A stretch of 63,208 nucleotides of DNA, counting the filler, from Chiloscyllium plagiosum (Eukaryota), in NCBI RefSeq assembly GCF_004010195.1. It is 4 parts of one record of this genome, joined end to end, with 100 filler letters (N's around TTAATTAATTAA, not from the genome) between each part and the next. Parts side by side here need not be neighbours in the genome. Positions count along the whole stretch, not along the records: positions 1 to 20,033 come from NC_057713.1; positions 20,134 to 48,747 come from NC_057713.1; 2 more parts are not named here. One strand, 5' to 3'. Below the pieces are notes generated by a model, which saw only the letters and a program-made list of their open reading frames with translations, made no database searches and was not told the DNA's origin. Made by a program: the position numbers and the translations under genes. Positions within the stretch are counted from its first letter, which is position 1. Each line of letters opens with the position of its first letter. Shown here piece by piece: positions 13,704-27,790 of the stretch.

Positions 13704-14823
13704 GTCATAGAGTCATAGAGATGTACAGCGTGGAAACAGACCCTTCGGACCAACTTGTCCATGCCGACCATCCCAACCCAATATAGTCCCACCTGCCAGC
13801 ACCCTCCCCATATCCCTCCAAACCCTTCCTATTCATATACACATCCAGATGCCTTTTAAGTCTTGCAATTTTACCACCCTCCACCACACCCTCTCGCAGC
13901 TCATTCCATACACGTACTACCCTCTGCATGAAGAAGTTTGCCCCTTAGGTTTCTTTTATATCTTTCCCCTCTCACCCTAAACCTATGCCCTCTAGTTCTG
14001 GACTCCCCAACCCCAGGGAAAAGACTTTGTCTATTTATCCTAACCATGCCCCTCATGATTTTATAAAACTCTATAAGGTCACACCACAGCCTCTAACGCT
14101 CCAGGGAAAATAGCCCCAGCCTATTCAACCTCTCCCTATAGCTCAAATCCTCCATCTCTGGCAACATCCTTGTAAATCTTTTCTGAACCCTTTCAAGTTT
14201 CACAACGTCTTTCTGATAGGAAAGAAACCAGAATTGCATGCAACATTCCAACAGTGGCCTAACCAATGTCCTGTACAGCCGCACCATTACCTCCTCAACT
14301 CCTGTACTCAATACTCTGACCAATAAAGGAAAGCATACCGAACGCCGCCTTCATTATCCTATCTATCTGCGACTCAATTTTCAAAGAGCTATGACTGCAC
14401 TCCAAGGTCTCTTTATTCAGCAAAACTCCCTAGGACCTTACCATTAAATGTATAAGTCCTGCTAAGATTTGCTTTCCCAAAATGCAGAACCTCACATTTA
14501 TCTAAATTAAACTCCATCTGCCACTTCTCAGCACACTGGCCCATCTGATCAAGATCCCATTGTAATCTGCGGTAACCTTCTTCGCTGTCCACTACACCTC
14601 CAATTTTGGTGTCATCTGCAAACTTACTAACTATACCTCTTATACTCACATCCAAATCATTTATATAAATGATGAAAAGTAGTGGACCCAGCACTGATCC
14701 TTGTGGCACTCCACTGGTCACAGGCCTCCAGTTTGAAAAACAACCCTCCACCACCAGCCTCTGTCTTCTACCTTTGAGCTAATTCTGTATCCAAATGGCT
14801 AATTCTCCCTGTATTCCATGAGG
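13704..14823 (-). mobile_element. young 5'-truncated HER1/CR1 LINE (RT to 3' tail)
   Basis: VTSGVPQGSVLGPLLF, KFADDTK and LERVQKRFTRM motifs; (CTATGACT)n tail at 13704. Confidence 0.92.
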
Positions 14824-15284
14824 TAACTATACTAAAACATCCACTCCTCTACTTTCCATGCCCTTGAGGTAAAGGCTGTTCTATTTTACTCTCATGCTAA
14901 ATTCCAGCCCATATTGAAAGCTTTTAAGAGAGTGAGAGTAAATGAACCAGTGCTGATGCCAAACTGTCATTTGATCTATTGCCAAGTTCCTGCATTTGCT
15001 TTGTGCTGGAGAACTGTTCAATTGTGCAAAGGCTAACAGTGTGGTCCAGAATAGAGCCATTAATGTTAAAGCTCAACCCTGATTAAATATTTTTGATGTG
15101 GAAAAATAATTAGCTGAGGGAAAAAAAGTTACACATTCATGAGTTGCAACATATTATTCTTCACAACAAAAAGACTAAAATATTATTTCGAATAGAAGTA
15201 GTAAACTAGTCACTTAAGTATTGTACACAGTTTAATATCAGGAATTTCAAACCATATTCACAAACCAACAAAGCAGCTACTTAC

Positions 15285-15625
15285 ATCTTTATTGAGAAGT
15301 TTTATTTCAAATTGTGAGTTCATATCATTTTAGTTAATTTGTGGCTATCCGCATTCGCTTTGGAGATAATTGTATCTTTCCCATAAAAATGATTCCTTGT
15401 AATAAAGATTACTGTCTCTCGAATCGAAACCACATTGACTTAATATCATTCTCCGTTCCCACTTGAACTAATAATAACATAATGCAATTATACTTCTATC
15501 TGTTACCATTCTGGTTCTTCTGATTCATTTCATTCCAATTTCACTCAGACGTTTCTGCTGTTTCAATCCTTCTTTTTCTGTCAACATTCCTCCCTCAACC
15601 TATATTTCTCTCAGTTGCATCTGGC
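15285..15625 (-). pseudogene. decayed exon-like segment, possibly of the RGS22-like gene
   Basis: Strong donor GAT|GTAAGT; coding-like purine-rich minus strand, but with stops in the frames examined. Confidence 0.25.
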
Positions 15626-15714
15626 GTTTACACCCAGAAATGTTAAGAGTACATATTTAAGGCCATGTGCAGATGCAGGCACAGGGAATGAGCGAGTAAA
15701 GACGAAAGACAAAA

Positions 15715-16030
15715 ACGACTCACGTTTATATAATGCTTTTCATAACCATGGAATGTCACAAAGCACTTTATAATCAATGAGATTAGTTTGAAGAGCAGTT
15801 ACTGTTACAATGTAGGAAATACACCTGATAATTTTGCACACAACAAGCTTTCCAAAATGGCAATGTGGTCATTACTAGATAATCTGGTTTTTTTTATGAT
15901 GTTGGGTGAGAGATTGGTTGAGAACTCTCCAGAATTTCTTTGAAGTAGGACTGCAGGATTGTTTATATCCACCTGATCAGGAAATCAGGACTATATTACC
16001 TCTAATAATGTTCCTTCTGTACTGCATTGT
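15715..16030 (-). mobile_element. SacSINE1-like (DeuSINE) old SINE
   Basis: ACTGTTACAATGTAGGAAA...AATTTGCACACAACAAG...AGATAATCTG motif recurs at about 20750, 24960, 36830 and 41920. Confidence 0.6.
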
Positions 16031-16039
16031 CATTCTCTA

Positions 16040-18265
16040 AACCTCTGTGATAGAAAGCCCAATCTGTCCCACTTATTCTCATAAGTCAGCCCACTTATTT
16101 CAGGTATCAATTTAGTAAACCTCCTCTGAATCACCTCCAATTAATTTACATCCTTCCTTAAATAGGGAGACCAAAACTGCGCACAGTATTCAAGATGTTG
16201 TCAGAGCAGTGCCATTTATAACTGAAGCCTAAAACATCCTTACTTTAATGTTCGATTCCTTGCATAATAAAGGATTGCATTCTATTAACCTTCTTGTTTA
16301 TATGCATTTATATAACGTTTGTGACTCATGCATCAGAACAACTAAATTCCTCCACACCTCAGATGTCAGCAAACATTGCTCGTTTAAATACACTCAGTTT
16401 TTTATTCTTCCTGCAAAAGTGAAGATCTTTATATTTTCCCATATTATACACCATCTACCAGATTTTTGCCCATTGTTTCAACCTACCTATATCTTTATGT
16501 GTACCCCACAAGTCACTGGTCTGATGATTCAGAAACCCACTAAAATTCAATTTTTAAAAATGTAGAAAAACATGCTATCCTAATGATAACCATGTACCAT
16601 TGTTGATTGTTGTTAAAAACCCCATCCAGTTCACTAATGTCCTTTCGAGAAGGAATGTTGCCATTTTTATCATGGTCTGGCTTGCATGTAACTCCCAACC
16701 CACAGTAATATGGTTGACTTTGAACTGTCGTCCAGACAATTAAGGATGACCAATCTGTGTTGGCCTAGCCAGCAGCATAAAATGTCCCATGAACAAATTT
16801 TTAAAAAGTGCTTTCAAACCTAACTTGGTGTCATTTGCAAATTTATCATATCTTTGGTCCTCTCATCTAAAACACTAATATAAATTATTAAAAGTTGAGG
16901 ACCAGCACAGACCCCTTCAGAACCCCATTTATCACATCATGTAAGACAAGGACCCATTTGTACGTACTCTCTGTTTTCTGCCAGCCAGCCAATCTTCTAT
17001 CCATGCTAATATGTTACACGCAACACCATCAGTTTTTGTTTTCTGCAATTTGATTTGGCACTTTGCCAAACGTCATTTGGAAATCCGAGTATACAGGCTC
17101 CCATTTATACATAGGACATGTTACTTTGCAAAGGACACAAATAAATTGGTTAAACATGATTTCCCTTTGATGACACCATGTTGACTCTTCCCAAATACCT
17201 TGAGCTTTTTAAGTGGACAGCTGTATTCTCTTTAATGATCAATTCCAACATCTTCCATATGGCAGACATCAAGTTGACTGGCCTATTGTTTCTTGCTTAC
17301 TACCTCCCTCCTTCTTGAATAGAAAAGTTATATTTGCTACTTTCCAATTCAATGGAACATTTTCTGAGTCTAGAAAACTAACACCTACTGCACCATTAGC
17401 AACCTCTTTTAAAACTCTAGGCTGAAGTCCAGCTGAACCCAAAAGAATACCAGCCCACAGCTCCATCAGTTTGCTTAGTACTGCTTCCCTCATAACTGTA
17501 ATTTCATCAAGTTCTCCTTTCTCATCCACTTCCTGATTTAAGCTGTTACTAAAATATTTTATATCCTCTATAGTGAAGACAAAACCAAATTACTTGTTAA
17601 CTTCTTCTGCCATTCCCTCATTAAATACGATTAATTTTTCACTTTCACTCTCTGACAGACCAAACACCCACTTTCCTTACCCTTATCTTTTTAAAATATC
17701 TGTCGAAACTCTTGCAATACAATTTTATATTCCTAGCTAGCTTCTCCTCATGCTTGAATTTTTTCCTCCTGATTTACCTTTCAGTCATTCTCTGCCATTC
17801 TTCATATTCTGACCACCTGATCTGTTACTTATCCTTGGACAGTAATATATCTTTTCTTAAGTTTGATTCTTTCCCCAGTTCCTTGAGTTAATCATGAATG
17901 GTGAGGACTAACTCAGATTTCATGCCCACATAGTTGCCCTTATTTAAGTTTAAGATACTAGTCTTATAATCAAACTACTCCTTTTCAACCTGGATGTAAA
18001 ATGCAATCATACAGTGTTTGCTGCTAGATGTGCTGTAACTCTGAAGTCATTAATTAATTCTGTTACATTGCACAATTTCAAATCTAAAATAACCTGCTCT
18101 CTGGTCAGTTCCAAACTTTCTTGGAAGTGTTCTATGAATTCTGCATCCATGTTGCTTCTGCCAATCCGAGATTTCCTGAGATTAAACACACTCGTGATTA
18201 TTTCTATCCTTTTATCACAAGCACCCAATACCGCTTCTTGTATACTTTGTCCCACATTGTGGTTG
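16040..18265 (-). mobile_element. old CR1 LINE ORF2 (EN to RT), interrupted by a SINE/L2 tail at about 16505-16805
   Basis: PRVLKEVA...VPLNWKVANITFLFKK and TREQVILDL motifs in minus-strand ORFs. Confidence 0.75.
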
Positions 18266-18819
18266 CTGTTAGCAGGCTGCAGTTCACTTTCAGTAAGTCA
18301 CAGAAAGATAGGGTACTGCCACAATCAACAATGAATGACAGAAGCATGAAGGTGGAGCAAATGGAGGGAGAAGGTCATGTGATGAATACTTCAGCCAGGC
18401 AGCATTCTCTCTAAGCTGCATACCTGCATAGCAATACCTCCCCCCATACCTGCCGGAAAGTCACCATGCAGATATTTACTCATTTAAGTTATCACCTAAG
18501 TGTGACTGTCTGTAAATAATCTTTAAGGGACCACTCACTTGATTTGCCTACGGACTCCAAATTGTGAGGCTAACCTGTTGGCAACTTAATGGCAGGCCCA
18601 GTTACATTGTGGCTGAATTTGCTCCCCCTTCACCTGAGCAAACAGTGTGCCTAAAGTTTCAAGCTGGAATTGTCTCTACCCTATTAATACCCATGCCCCT
18701 GCCAGATCCAGGACTTTGGAATGTTCTGAGGTTATGAAAGGTATTTTATAAAAGTGATTTTTATTTGCAGCTATCTCTATGTTACCCCTTGTAGCTCTGG
18801 ATAATGGCCACATAATTAC

Positions 18820-19019
18820 CTGCTGCCAATTTAGTAATCCTCAAAATGCACTGTGGAGCACTTTTTCAGTTCCAAAATAATCCTTCATATAAGTGACAGG
18901 CCAAGAGGCTATCTAGGGAAATCTGGCTCTTTGTTTAAAATCAATCAGACATCTGCAACTAATGCAGCTGAGAGTCTCCTCAGGAAGTATTAGGTTATTA
19001 GTCTCTTCTGGCAGGGAAG
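18820..19019 (-). pseudogene. decayed exon-like segment, possibly RGS-domain-encoding
   Basis: Acceptor TATTTTAG and donor CAG|GTAATT. Reads SLPEETNNLILPEETLSCISCRCLIDFKQ then a stop. Only weakly reminiscent of the RGS22 FERFKKF helix. Confidence 0.3.
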
Positions 19020-19841
19020 CTAAAATATAATTTATGCGATGGAACACGTGAAGATTACTGCTTGACAGAGAGAAACTGAAGCCATCCAATCTTTGGTAGT
19101 AGGAAGTAACTGTTTACTTACTGTTTTTTGAAACATAGGAAATGACAGCAGGAGTCCATTCAGTCCCTTGAGCTTTCTCTCCCATTCAGTCAGATCATTT
19201 ACCTGCCTTATACCCATAATTCCCTTAATGACCAAGGTCTGTCAATCTTTGTCTTGAATATACTCAATAAATGAATATTCACAGTTCCCTGGTGTATAGA
19301 ATTCAAATGAATCACAAACCTTCTGAGCAACAGTCCCTTTTAAATTTCTGACGGTGGGGTGAATATGTAGGTGATTTGTTTTAGGTGTGTAGCTCCTTAA
19401 TTTGTTTAAATGCAGTATTGAACTATATTTGAAACTTAAAGAGAGCTAACTTGAGTGGGAACATTTGGTGACACTTCAATGAAGAAATATTGCCTCTTGA
19501 GTGAAGAATATTCTTCACGAAGCAGTTCTAGATGTCCAACTCCCTATCCTGAAAGCCACCCAAGGGAAATATCTTCCCAGCATCTTCCCTATCAAACATC
19601 CTAAGAATTGTAGGCTTCAAATATATCATCTCTCACTCTTTTGAACACCAGAGAGTATTGGTCAATTCTATGTAGTGTCGCTCGTGTGCTTGCTCTTGGC
19701 TTGTCAGATGACTATATATATTAGAACAAATGCTGCTGGGATGAGCAACATTTGCTCTCTGGATTGCAGAGGTTCCAGAAGAAGATGCACTATTATCTTG
19801 TCAAAGGACAGCTGGAGATGAGTAATGCCTTGTTGTTAGTG

Positions 19842-20033
19842 TTTTTTTTTATTTCAAAAATATACTTTATTCATATATATTTAATCTATACAATTGGACA
19901 TGTCATCATTCTGTAAACATTCCATTTCTTTGCGTATCGAAACAGGGTAATCATTCCTATTCTCAGGTTGGTGCAATTACATTGAGCTGAGGCACCAGCG
20001 GAGCCCAAATGACTGCGTGGGTCCCCTGTTCTT
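19842..20033 (-). mobile_element. Tx1/L1-type LINE 3' UTR and poly(A), cut by a gap
   Basis: Minus strand ends AATAAAGTATATTTTTGAAATAAAAAAAAA. Confidence 0.6.
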
Positions 20034-20133
20034 NNNNNNNNNNNNNNNNNNNNNNNNNNNNNNNNNNNNNNNNNNNNTTAATTAATTAANNNNNNNNNNN
20101 NNNNNNNNNNNNNNNNNNNNNNNNNNNNNNNNN
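20034..20133. other. assembly gap (44 N + TTAATTAATTAA + 44 N)
   Basis: Directly visible; identical at 48748-48847 and 61475-61574. Confidence 0.98.
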
Positions 20134-20732
20134 ACATGCTTATCAAGGACACTCAATAGTTGCTCCTTGAACAAGCTCCACATATCAATTACACCCTTGC
20201 CTTGAAGCTTACTTTTCCAGGCCACACATCCTAGGTCATGCCTCACAGCATCATAATTTCCTTGCCCCCATCTATAACTCTTGCCCTGTAGTGCACACTT
20301 ATCCCTCTCCATCACTAGTGTAAAGGTCACCGAATTGTGGTCACTGTCCCCAAAGTGCTCACTTACCTCTAATTCTAACACCTGGCCTGGTTCATTACCC
20401 AGAACCAAATCCAGTATGGCCTCACCTCTTGTTGGCCTATCTACATATTGTGTCAGGAAACCCTCCTGCACACATTGGACAAACACTGACCCATCTAACG
20501 AACTTGAGCTATAGCTTTCCCAATCAATATCAGGAAAGTTAAAGTCCCCCATAACAACCACCCTATTACTTTCACTCTTCTCTTGAATCATCCTCGCAAT
20601 CCTTTCTTCTACGTTTCTAGGACTATTAGGAGGCCTGTAAAAAACTCCTAACAGGGTGAGCTCACCTTTCCTATTCCTAACCTCAACCCAAACTACCTCA
20701 TATGGCGAGTCTTCATCCATCGTCCTTTCCAC
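20134..20732 (-). mobile_element. young CR1 LINE ORF2 endonuclease region (open frame to the gap)
   Basis: About 200 aa uninterrupted: GVFYRPPNS, MGDFNFPDIDW, PTRGEAILDLVL, GDSDHN. Confidence 0.92.
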
Positions 20733-20935
20733 AGCTGTGGAATTTGCCTTTGAATGTTGATTGAGGGCTAAATATTGGCTGAAATATTAGAGAAAATTCT
20801 CCTATCTTCTTTGAAATGGTACAGTGAGATCTTTTAAATTTAATAAGAGGTCAGAAAAGTTAATGTCTCATCCAAAACATGGCAACTCTGACTGGGTAGC
20901 ACTCCCTGGATACTACATTGTATGTGGGCTGAAAA

Positions 20936-21245
20936 TTAGATTATATTAGATTACTTACAGTATGGAAACAGGCCCTTCGGCCCAACAAGTCCACACCGCC
21001 CCGCCGAAGCGTAACCCACCCATACCCCTACATTTACCCCTTACCTAACACTATGGACAATTTAGCATGGCCAATTCACCTGACTTGCACATCTTTGGAC
21101 TGTGGGAGGAAACCGGAGCACCCGGAGGAAACCCACGCAGACACGGGGAGAACGTGCAAACTCCACACAGTCAGTCGCCTGAGGCGGGAATTGAACCCGG
21201 GTCTCTGGCGCTGTGAGGCAGCAGTGCTAGCCACCGTGCCGCCCT
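20936..21245 (-). mobile_element. HE1-type SINE
   Basis: Full-length reverse complement of 261-557, with CpGs retained. Confidence 0.9.
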
Positions 21246-21370
21246 TCTTCAGGACTTATGCCCGAAACGTCGATTCTCCTGTTCCCTGGATGCTGCCTGA
21301 CCTGCTGCGCTTTTCCAGCAACACATTTTCAGCTCTGATCTCCAGTATCTGCAGACCTCACTTTCTCCTA
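21245..21370 (+). mobile_element. Penelope-like terminal repeat fragment
   Basis: CTTATGCCCGAAACGTCGATTCTCCTG...GATGCTGCCTGACCTGCTGCGCTTTTCCAGC...ACTTTCTCCT. Confidence 0.75.
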
Positions 21371-22789
21371 CTACATTGTATGTGTCATTCTGGATCATGT
21401 GCTCACAAGTATGGAATCTGATTTCAAACTATAATCTTCTGTCTCAGAGGTGGGAGAGTGACTCTCAGCTGACAGCTAATGCTTTGGCTTTCTCATCTGC
21501 CTTGGGAATATGCAAGTAAAGAGGTGCAGTTTCAAAATTCTACTGCTCCAAAGTGCAGGATGTTTCTCTTTCGCTGCATCTAGATACAATACTGTGGAAT
21601 TCAGGCCAACAATATGAGCAACAGCAGCAAACTACACAGTAGATAAGGAGTGCTCAGATGATGAAACCAAGGTAAATAAAGTCAAGACATAGTTACTGTA
21701 ATATACTGTAATGATGCAAAGAGTTCAATATCTTCCAATTACTGTAAATTATTTATTTTGCATTTTTGCCAGAGAAGCAGTATCTGTTTGGTTGCAAAGT
21801 TTGCAAGGATCAGTTACAAATGCAAAGAATGACAGCAGGTAAGAGCATTTTTAAAATTCATTCATAGCATGTGGACATTGTTGGCAAGACCATCATCTAA
21901 GCCCCATCCCAAGTTGTCCTAGTGAAGATTGTGGTGAACCTACTGCTTTCATGAATACAATCTAGTAGCATGTTCGGGCGTTTCAAAGGGGTAGTTAAGA
22001 GTCAATGACATTGAGGCAGGTCTGGAATCACATGTAGGCCTGACCAGATAAGGATGACAGTTTTCCTCACCTGAACAGACATCAGTGAAAAGTGAATTGA
22101 TGAATCAGATGGGTTTTCAGTCATTATGTGGTCACATAACTGACAATTTGGCTTATTATTCCATGTTTATTTATTGACTGAATTTAAATTCTTCAATCTT
22201 TCAAGATTAGCTCCACCTCCAAATTTCAATTGGCTTTTGCACTGAGTGTACTGAGTACTGAGTTCAGGGAAGTACAGATCTCACAGTCCTTTTTAGTTTA
22301 TTCATGAGATATGAATGGTGCTGGCTTTATTTGCCACAAGGGCAGTAAAATGACAACCATATTGCAGTGGGTCTGGAGTCACATGTAGGCCAGACCAGGT
22401 ACAGATGGTAGATTTCCTTCCCTAAAGGACAGTTGTGAACCAAATGGGTTTTCATGACATATAACAGTGGTTATGTGTTCACCTTTCATCTGGCTTTTAA
22501 TTCCATATATTTATTGAATTTAAACTTCACCATATGCCACAATGGAATTCAAATCCTGGTGTTCTTGGATTATTCATCCAATGACACTATCACTACACCA
22601 CTCTCTATAGCAATCAGACGGGAAATCTGGTGAAGCAGTAGCACTTAAAGGGCTGTCACTTGCCAATGATGAGCAAGTGATTCTTTCTGTAATTTTCATT
22701 GAACTGGAATAAGCAGAGATTGCTGGTCAGAAAACCTGAGAAGTGTAGAGTGGCAAATAAACACTGGAAACAGAGACACATGTTTAAAT

Positions 22790-23450
22790 GGAGCAGAGGA
22801 GCAGAGGATTTGGAGACACAAATACAAAAAAAAAACTCAAAGTAATGACAATGGTTAATAAAACCATAAAAATGAAACAAATCACTGGAGTTCATTCGTG
22901 AAAGGATGGAGCAGAAAGTGATTTAAACTTGTATTGAATGTTGGTTTGACTATATTTAGTGGACTGTGAACAGTTCTGGCCTCCACATTATATCAATGCA
23001 CCAGAGATGATACAAAAACATTTACTGGAATGATACCAGGATTGCAAGGTCAAATTTATCAGGAAACATTAACCAGGCTGGGGCTCTTTTCTCTAGAAAG
23101 GAGAAGTCTGAGGGATGAGTGATAATAAAGGCCTTTAAAATTATAAAGGGAGTTGTGAAGCTAGAGGAGAAAATCTTTACACTTGCCAGGAAAAGGTCAC
23201 ATTCTGATCCATAAATATACAATAGTCATTGATAAATTCAATCATGAATTCAGGAGAACCTTCTTTATCTGGATAACATTGAGAATTTAGAATCCATTAC
23301 CTCAGGAGTGGCTGAGGGGAATGGTGTAGATGCAATTAATGGAAAATTGGATAATTACAATTGGAGGAGAGGAATAAAATGGTATGGGCTCTTACAACCT
23401 TAGAGGGATTAAGGTGGGAGTAAATATCAACATGATCCATTTTGGCCAAA
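22790..23450 (+). mobile_element. old CR1 LINE 3' fragment
   Basis: Degenerate CAGTTCTGG, CTCTTTTCTCTAGA and 3' UTR landmarks. Confidence 0.55.
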
Positions 23451-25675
23451 TGGAAATAACTCCCTGCTTTGATTTTGAAGCCTTAGAGGTTATTCTGCTA
23501 GGAATAAAACATGTGAACACCAGCTTCAGAACTGTGAAATTAGTAGTGTATGCTGCCAATATGGAGGTCACTTTTTAACCTCTGACCACAAAGCCACTAA
23601 ATAGCAACAGTATCAGGAGATTTTTAAAGACAAAGCTCAGAAGGGAATATTTAGGGGCAGAGCATTTGTGGGTAGCCGTTGGGGAGATGCTAGTATTGGT
23701 CTTGATTTACTTTACTGTACCCATATTATAGACCTCTAACAAACTCAGTGATAACCCATTTAGCACATCTGAGGCTGATGGCCTGGAGTTCAGGCAATTG
23801 CTAAATTGCTCAGGGTGATTTTATTTTCTACTAAATATTTATCAATCACAGATTCCCCCACTCCCCACCATTGCCTCATCTTTGATGGTTTGCATTGCCT
23901 TTAATGAGCTTTACATATAAATTATTCAATTGGAAACAGGGGTGATTTACTGGCTAATAGATGATAAAAAAAAATACCATGGGTGATTTGGTGATGGGGA
24001 CAAAAACGTTCGGTTGTGTGTGAGAGCACTTCTAGATATAAAGAAAAAATGTCATTTCAGTTCAGGAATTTTCAGTTGACTTACAGTATCAATTACTTTT
24101 TAGTTGAGAAAGTTCTGGATCTCCATAATCTCTGTGAGGAAATGCTTCCTAATAGGGACCCGGAATGACCTGCACTCTAATTCTAATGTATACTGCCTTG
24201 CTCTGGACTCTCTCACCACAGGAAATAGTTTCTCTCTAAATCTGTCAATAGCTTTCCTTATCTTCCACACCTTAATTAGATCACCACTTAATCCTTACAT
24301 TCAAAGAGATATATGATTAGTCTAGATATTTTCTAATTAACGTGTTCAGATATGTTATTGCATATCTTTGGAGTAGGTGGGATTTGAACCTAAGTTTCCT
24401 GGATCGGAGGTAGGGACACTACAACTGCACCACAACACACCCTATAAGCCTAATCTACACAACATGGCCTCAACCTAATCCTTTGCACCCCGGTATCAGA
24501 TTGGTGAATCTGTGCTGCAACCCTTCTTATTCCATGTCACCTTAAGATAGACACTAGGATGGTGTAAATAACTAAATAAAGGTAATGGAGAAAACTCTAT
24601 TATAGACAGCACTGCACTTTGTGCTGAATATTAATAGAGAGTTTCACTTGGTATTTTCACCCTGATGTGGGAGTCTCTTAAGTGGAATAAATTGCAAGAT
24701 AAAATCATTAAGTGAAGCAAATGGAAATTATTTAGTAGGCAGACATCCTTTTAGCAGGATTCTGTCAATAAATACATCTTTATTGGCCCTTGCTGGTGCC
24801 TAAATACTTCTTAAAATCCCAAGGTTTTTATGGGTTTATGTAATTCTGTTATTACCATGGAAACAATCATTTACTGTAGATAAGAATATCATTTGTTGTG
24901 CCAAAGAACTGAAAGAGAGCAAAAGGATATTCCCCATTTGGGCAGAGTTTCACTGGAGAACCTTTATCCTGCAAACAATATTGTGACAAGGATGAGAACA
25001 TCCTTTTTTAGGTATTAGTTGAAGGATAAATATTGGCTCAATGCACCACAATAGTAGTCATGAGATCTTTTAACTTGACCTAAAAAGACTCAGTTTAATG
25101 TTTATCTAAAAGATTGTATCGCTGACAGTGTAGAACCCTATCAACACTGCACCAGGCCTTGAATTTGTGCTCAAGTCTTTGGAGTGAAACTATTTCACAA
25201 TCTTTCTGACTCTGAGATGTGGTCTAATGCTGAGCTGAAGTTGCAGCAGATAATAATTCAAATTGAAATGAGGAATAACTGAGCAATGAAATGGAGAGTA
25301 TAATGGTCTGTAGAAGTACTGATCCACGAGGCCAGTACAAAGATTTAATTGATTGATCATTCTGTCTAATTTTTGTTTATCAGTAACTTCTTGACAGGAC
25401 TGAAAGAGTCTCCAGTCTGTTGTCTTAGGAGTAATATCGTACCTAAACAAAACAATAATATATTACTGATACAGTGTGATAAAAATAGATACTTGGCTGA
25501 ACTCATAAGTTCATCAAAAGCAGGAATAGCAGTTAGTCATTTAGCCCATCAGGGCTCCTTTGCCATTTGATAAGATCTGCTGATTTGATTATGACTTCAA
25601 ATCCACTTTCCTGCCTTGCCCCCTTAACTCCCTTATCAACTAAACATTTGTCCAGCTCAGCTTTGAATATAAGAT

Positions 25676-26147
25676 GTTGCCAGAGTTGGAGGGTTTGAGC
25701 TATAGGGAATGGCTGAATAGGCTGGGGCTATTTTCCCTGGAGCATCGAAGGCTAAGGCGTGACCTAATGATTATAAAATCATGAGGGGCACATGCTCAGG
25801 GTAAATAGACAAGGTCTTTTCCCTGGGTTGAGGGAGTCCAGAACTTGAGGTCATAAGTTTAGGGTGAGAGGAGAAAGGTTTAAAAGGGACCTAAGGAGCA
25901 ATTCTTTCACACAAAGGGTGGTGCGTGTATAGAATGTACTGCCAGAAGAGGTGATGCAGGCTGGTACCATTACAACATTTAAAAGACATCTGGATGTGTC
26001 CATGAATAGGAAGGGTGCAGAGGGATATGGGCTAATTGCTGGCAAATGGGACTTGATCAATTTAGGATAAATGGTCAGCATGGACGAGTTGGACCAAAAT
26101 ATCTGTTTCCGAGCTGTACATCTCTATGACTCTACGACTCTACGACT
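25676..26147 (+). mobile_element. HER1/CR1 LINE 3' end
   Basis: Matches 13704-14200 in opposite orientation; CTATGACT/CTACGACT tail. Confidence 0.88.
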
Positions 26148-26502
26148 TTATGACACAGTCTCCATGACTGTCATAGAATAATAACAATACAGTATGGAAG
26201 AAAGCCATTTGGCCCATTGTGCCTGTGTTAGTTTTTTGAAAGAGACATCCAAATACTCCCATACCTTCCTGCTCTCCCTGTGTGGCCTGCAATTTTCTTT
26301 CCCTGTACCTACTACCCCTTTGAAATCTGCTTCTACTACACTTTCAAGCAGCACATTCCAGATCATATCAAGTCATTGGCCAAAAAAAGCAGCCTTAAGT
26401 TGCTACTAAATTTTATGAATCACCATAGATCTATGTCCTACAGTCATCAACAATTGTCCTTTATTTATTCTCTGATCAACCCTCACAATTTTGAACACCT
26501 CT

Positions 26503-26845
26503 ATAATCATGAGGGGCATAGATAAAGTGAATGAAAAGTGTCTATTTGCTCAGGTGGGGGATTTCATAACTATATTTTAGAGGTGAGAGGAGAAAATTTT
26601 AAAGTCATGTGGGCAACATTTTTTACACAGTCAGTAGTTCGTGTGTGGAATGAACTGCCAGAGGAAGTGGTGAATGCAGGTACATTTTTAACAATTAAAA
26701 GACATTTGGATAAGTACATGAATGTGAAAAGTTTGAAGGGATATGGGACAAGTAGAGGCAAGTGGGACTAGTTTAGTTTGGGTACATGGTTGGCCTGGAC
26801 TCATTGGACCAAAGGGTCTTTTCCATGCTGTACAACTCTATGACA
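26503..26845 (+). mobile_element. HER1/CR1 LINE 3' end
   Basis: VVRVWNELPEEVV motif and CTCTATGAC tail. Confidence 0.8.
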
Positions 26846-27267
26846 TTATAATTATACTTCTAAGCTCTTCTGCCCTAAGGAAAAGAATCCCAGCCTCTCC
26901 AGTCTCTACATGTAACAGGTCTGGGGGTGAGAGTTTCAAAGAACCTCTTAGAGCAGAAATTTGTTCTCAGCTCCTTCTTAAATGGAAGAACACTAGTTCT
27001 AGATTTCCCCAAATGAGAAAACATTTTCCCAGCATTACTCTTTATAATCATCTCAAAAACTTATATTTTTCAATAAGATCACCTCTCATTCAGCTAAATC
27101 CCAACAAATACACGCACAAACTGCTAAACGTTTTCTCATCAGACAATCATTTATCCTAGGAATCAGCCGAGTGAACCTTCTCTGAACTCTGAATATAACT
27201 TTTATGTGAAAGTGGACAACCTCCCATTTTCACACATCCATCTGCCAATTTTGTGGCTTAGCCTATT

Positions 27268-27790
27268 TATAGAGTCATAGAGATGTACAGCACAGAAACA
27301 GACTCTTTGGTCCAGCTCATCTATGCCAACCAGAATTTAATTCCATTTGCCAGCATTTGGCCCATATCCCTCTAACCCCTTCCTATTCATGTACTCATCC
27401 AGATGTCTTTTAAATGTTGTTAATTGTACCAACCTCCATCAGTTCCTCTGGCAGCTCATTCCATGCACGCACCACCCTTTGCATGAAAGAAATTGCTCCG
27501 TATGTCCCTTTTATATCTTTCCCCTTTCATCCTAAACCTATGGACTCCCCTAACCCAGGGAAAAGACCTTGTCTATTTACCCTATCCATGCCCATCATGA
27601 TTTTATAAACCTCTATAAGATCACCTCTCAGCCTCCGACGCTTCAGGGAAAATAGGTCCAGCCTATTCAGCCTCTCCCTCTAGCTCAAACCCTCCAACCC
27701 TGGCAACATCCCTGTAAATCTTTTCTGAGCCCTTTCAAGTTTCACAACATCCTTCCTTTAGCAGAAAGACCAAAATTGCACAAAATATTT
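27268..27790 (-). mobile_element. HER1/CR1 LINE 3' end
   Basis: Same family as 13704-14823. Confidence 0.85.

Noticed and set aside
20034..20133. TTAATTAATTAA palindrome embedded in N runs (also 48792 and 61519)
   Set aside because: Identical 44N-12-44N layout three times with stops in all six frames; an artificial gap linker, not biology.
24085..24131. Minus-strand exon-like segment with CAG/GTAAGT ends
   Set aside because: Stops in all three frames, and the sequence matches an old CR1-type 3' region.
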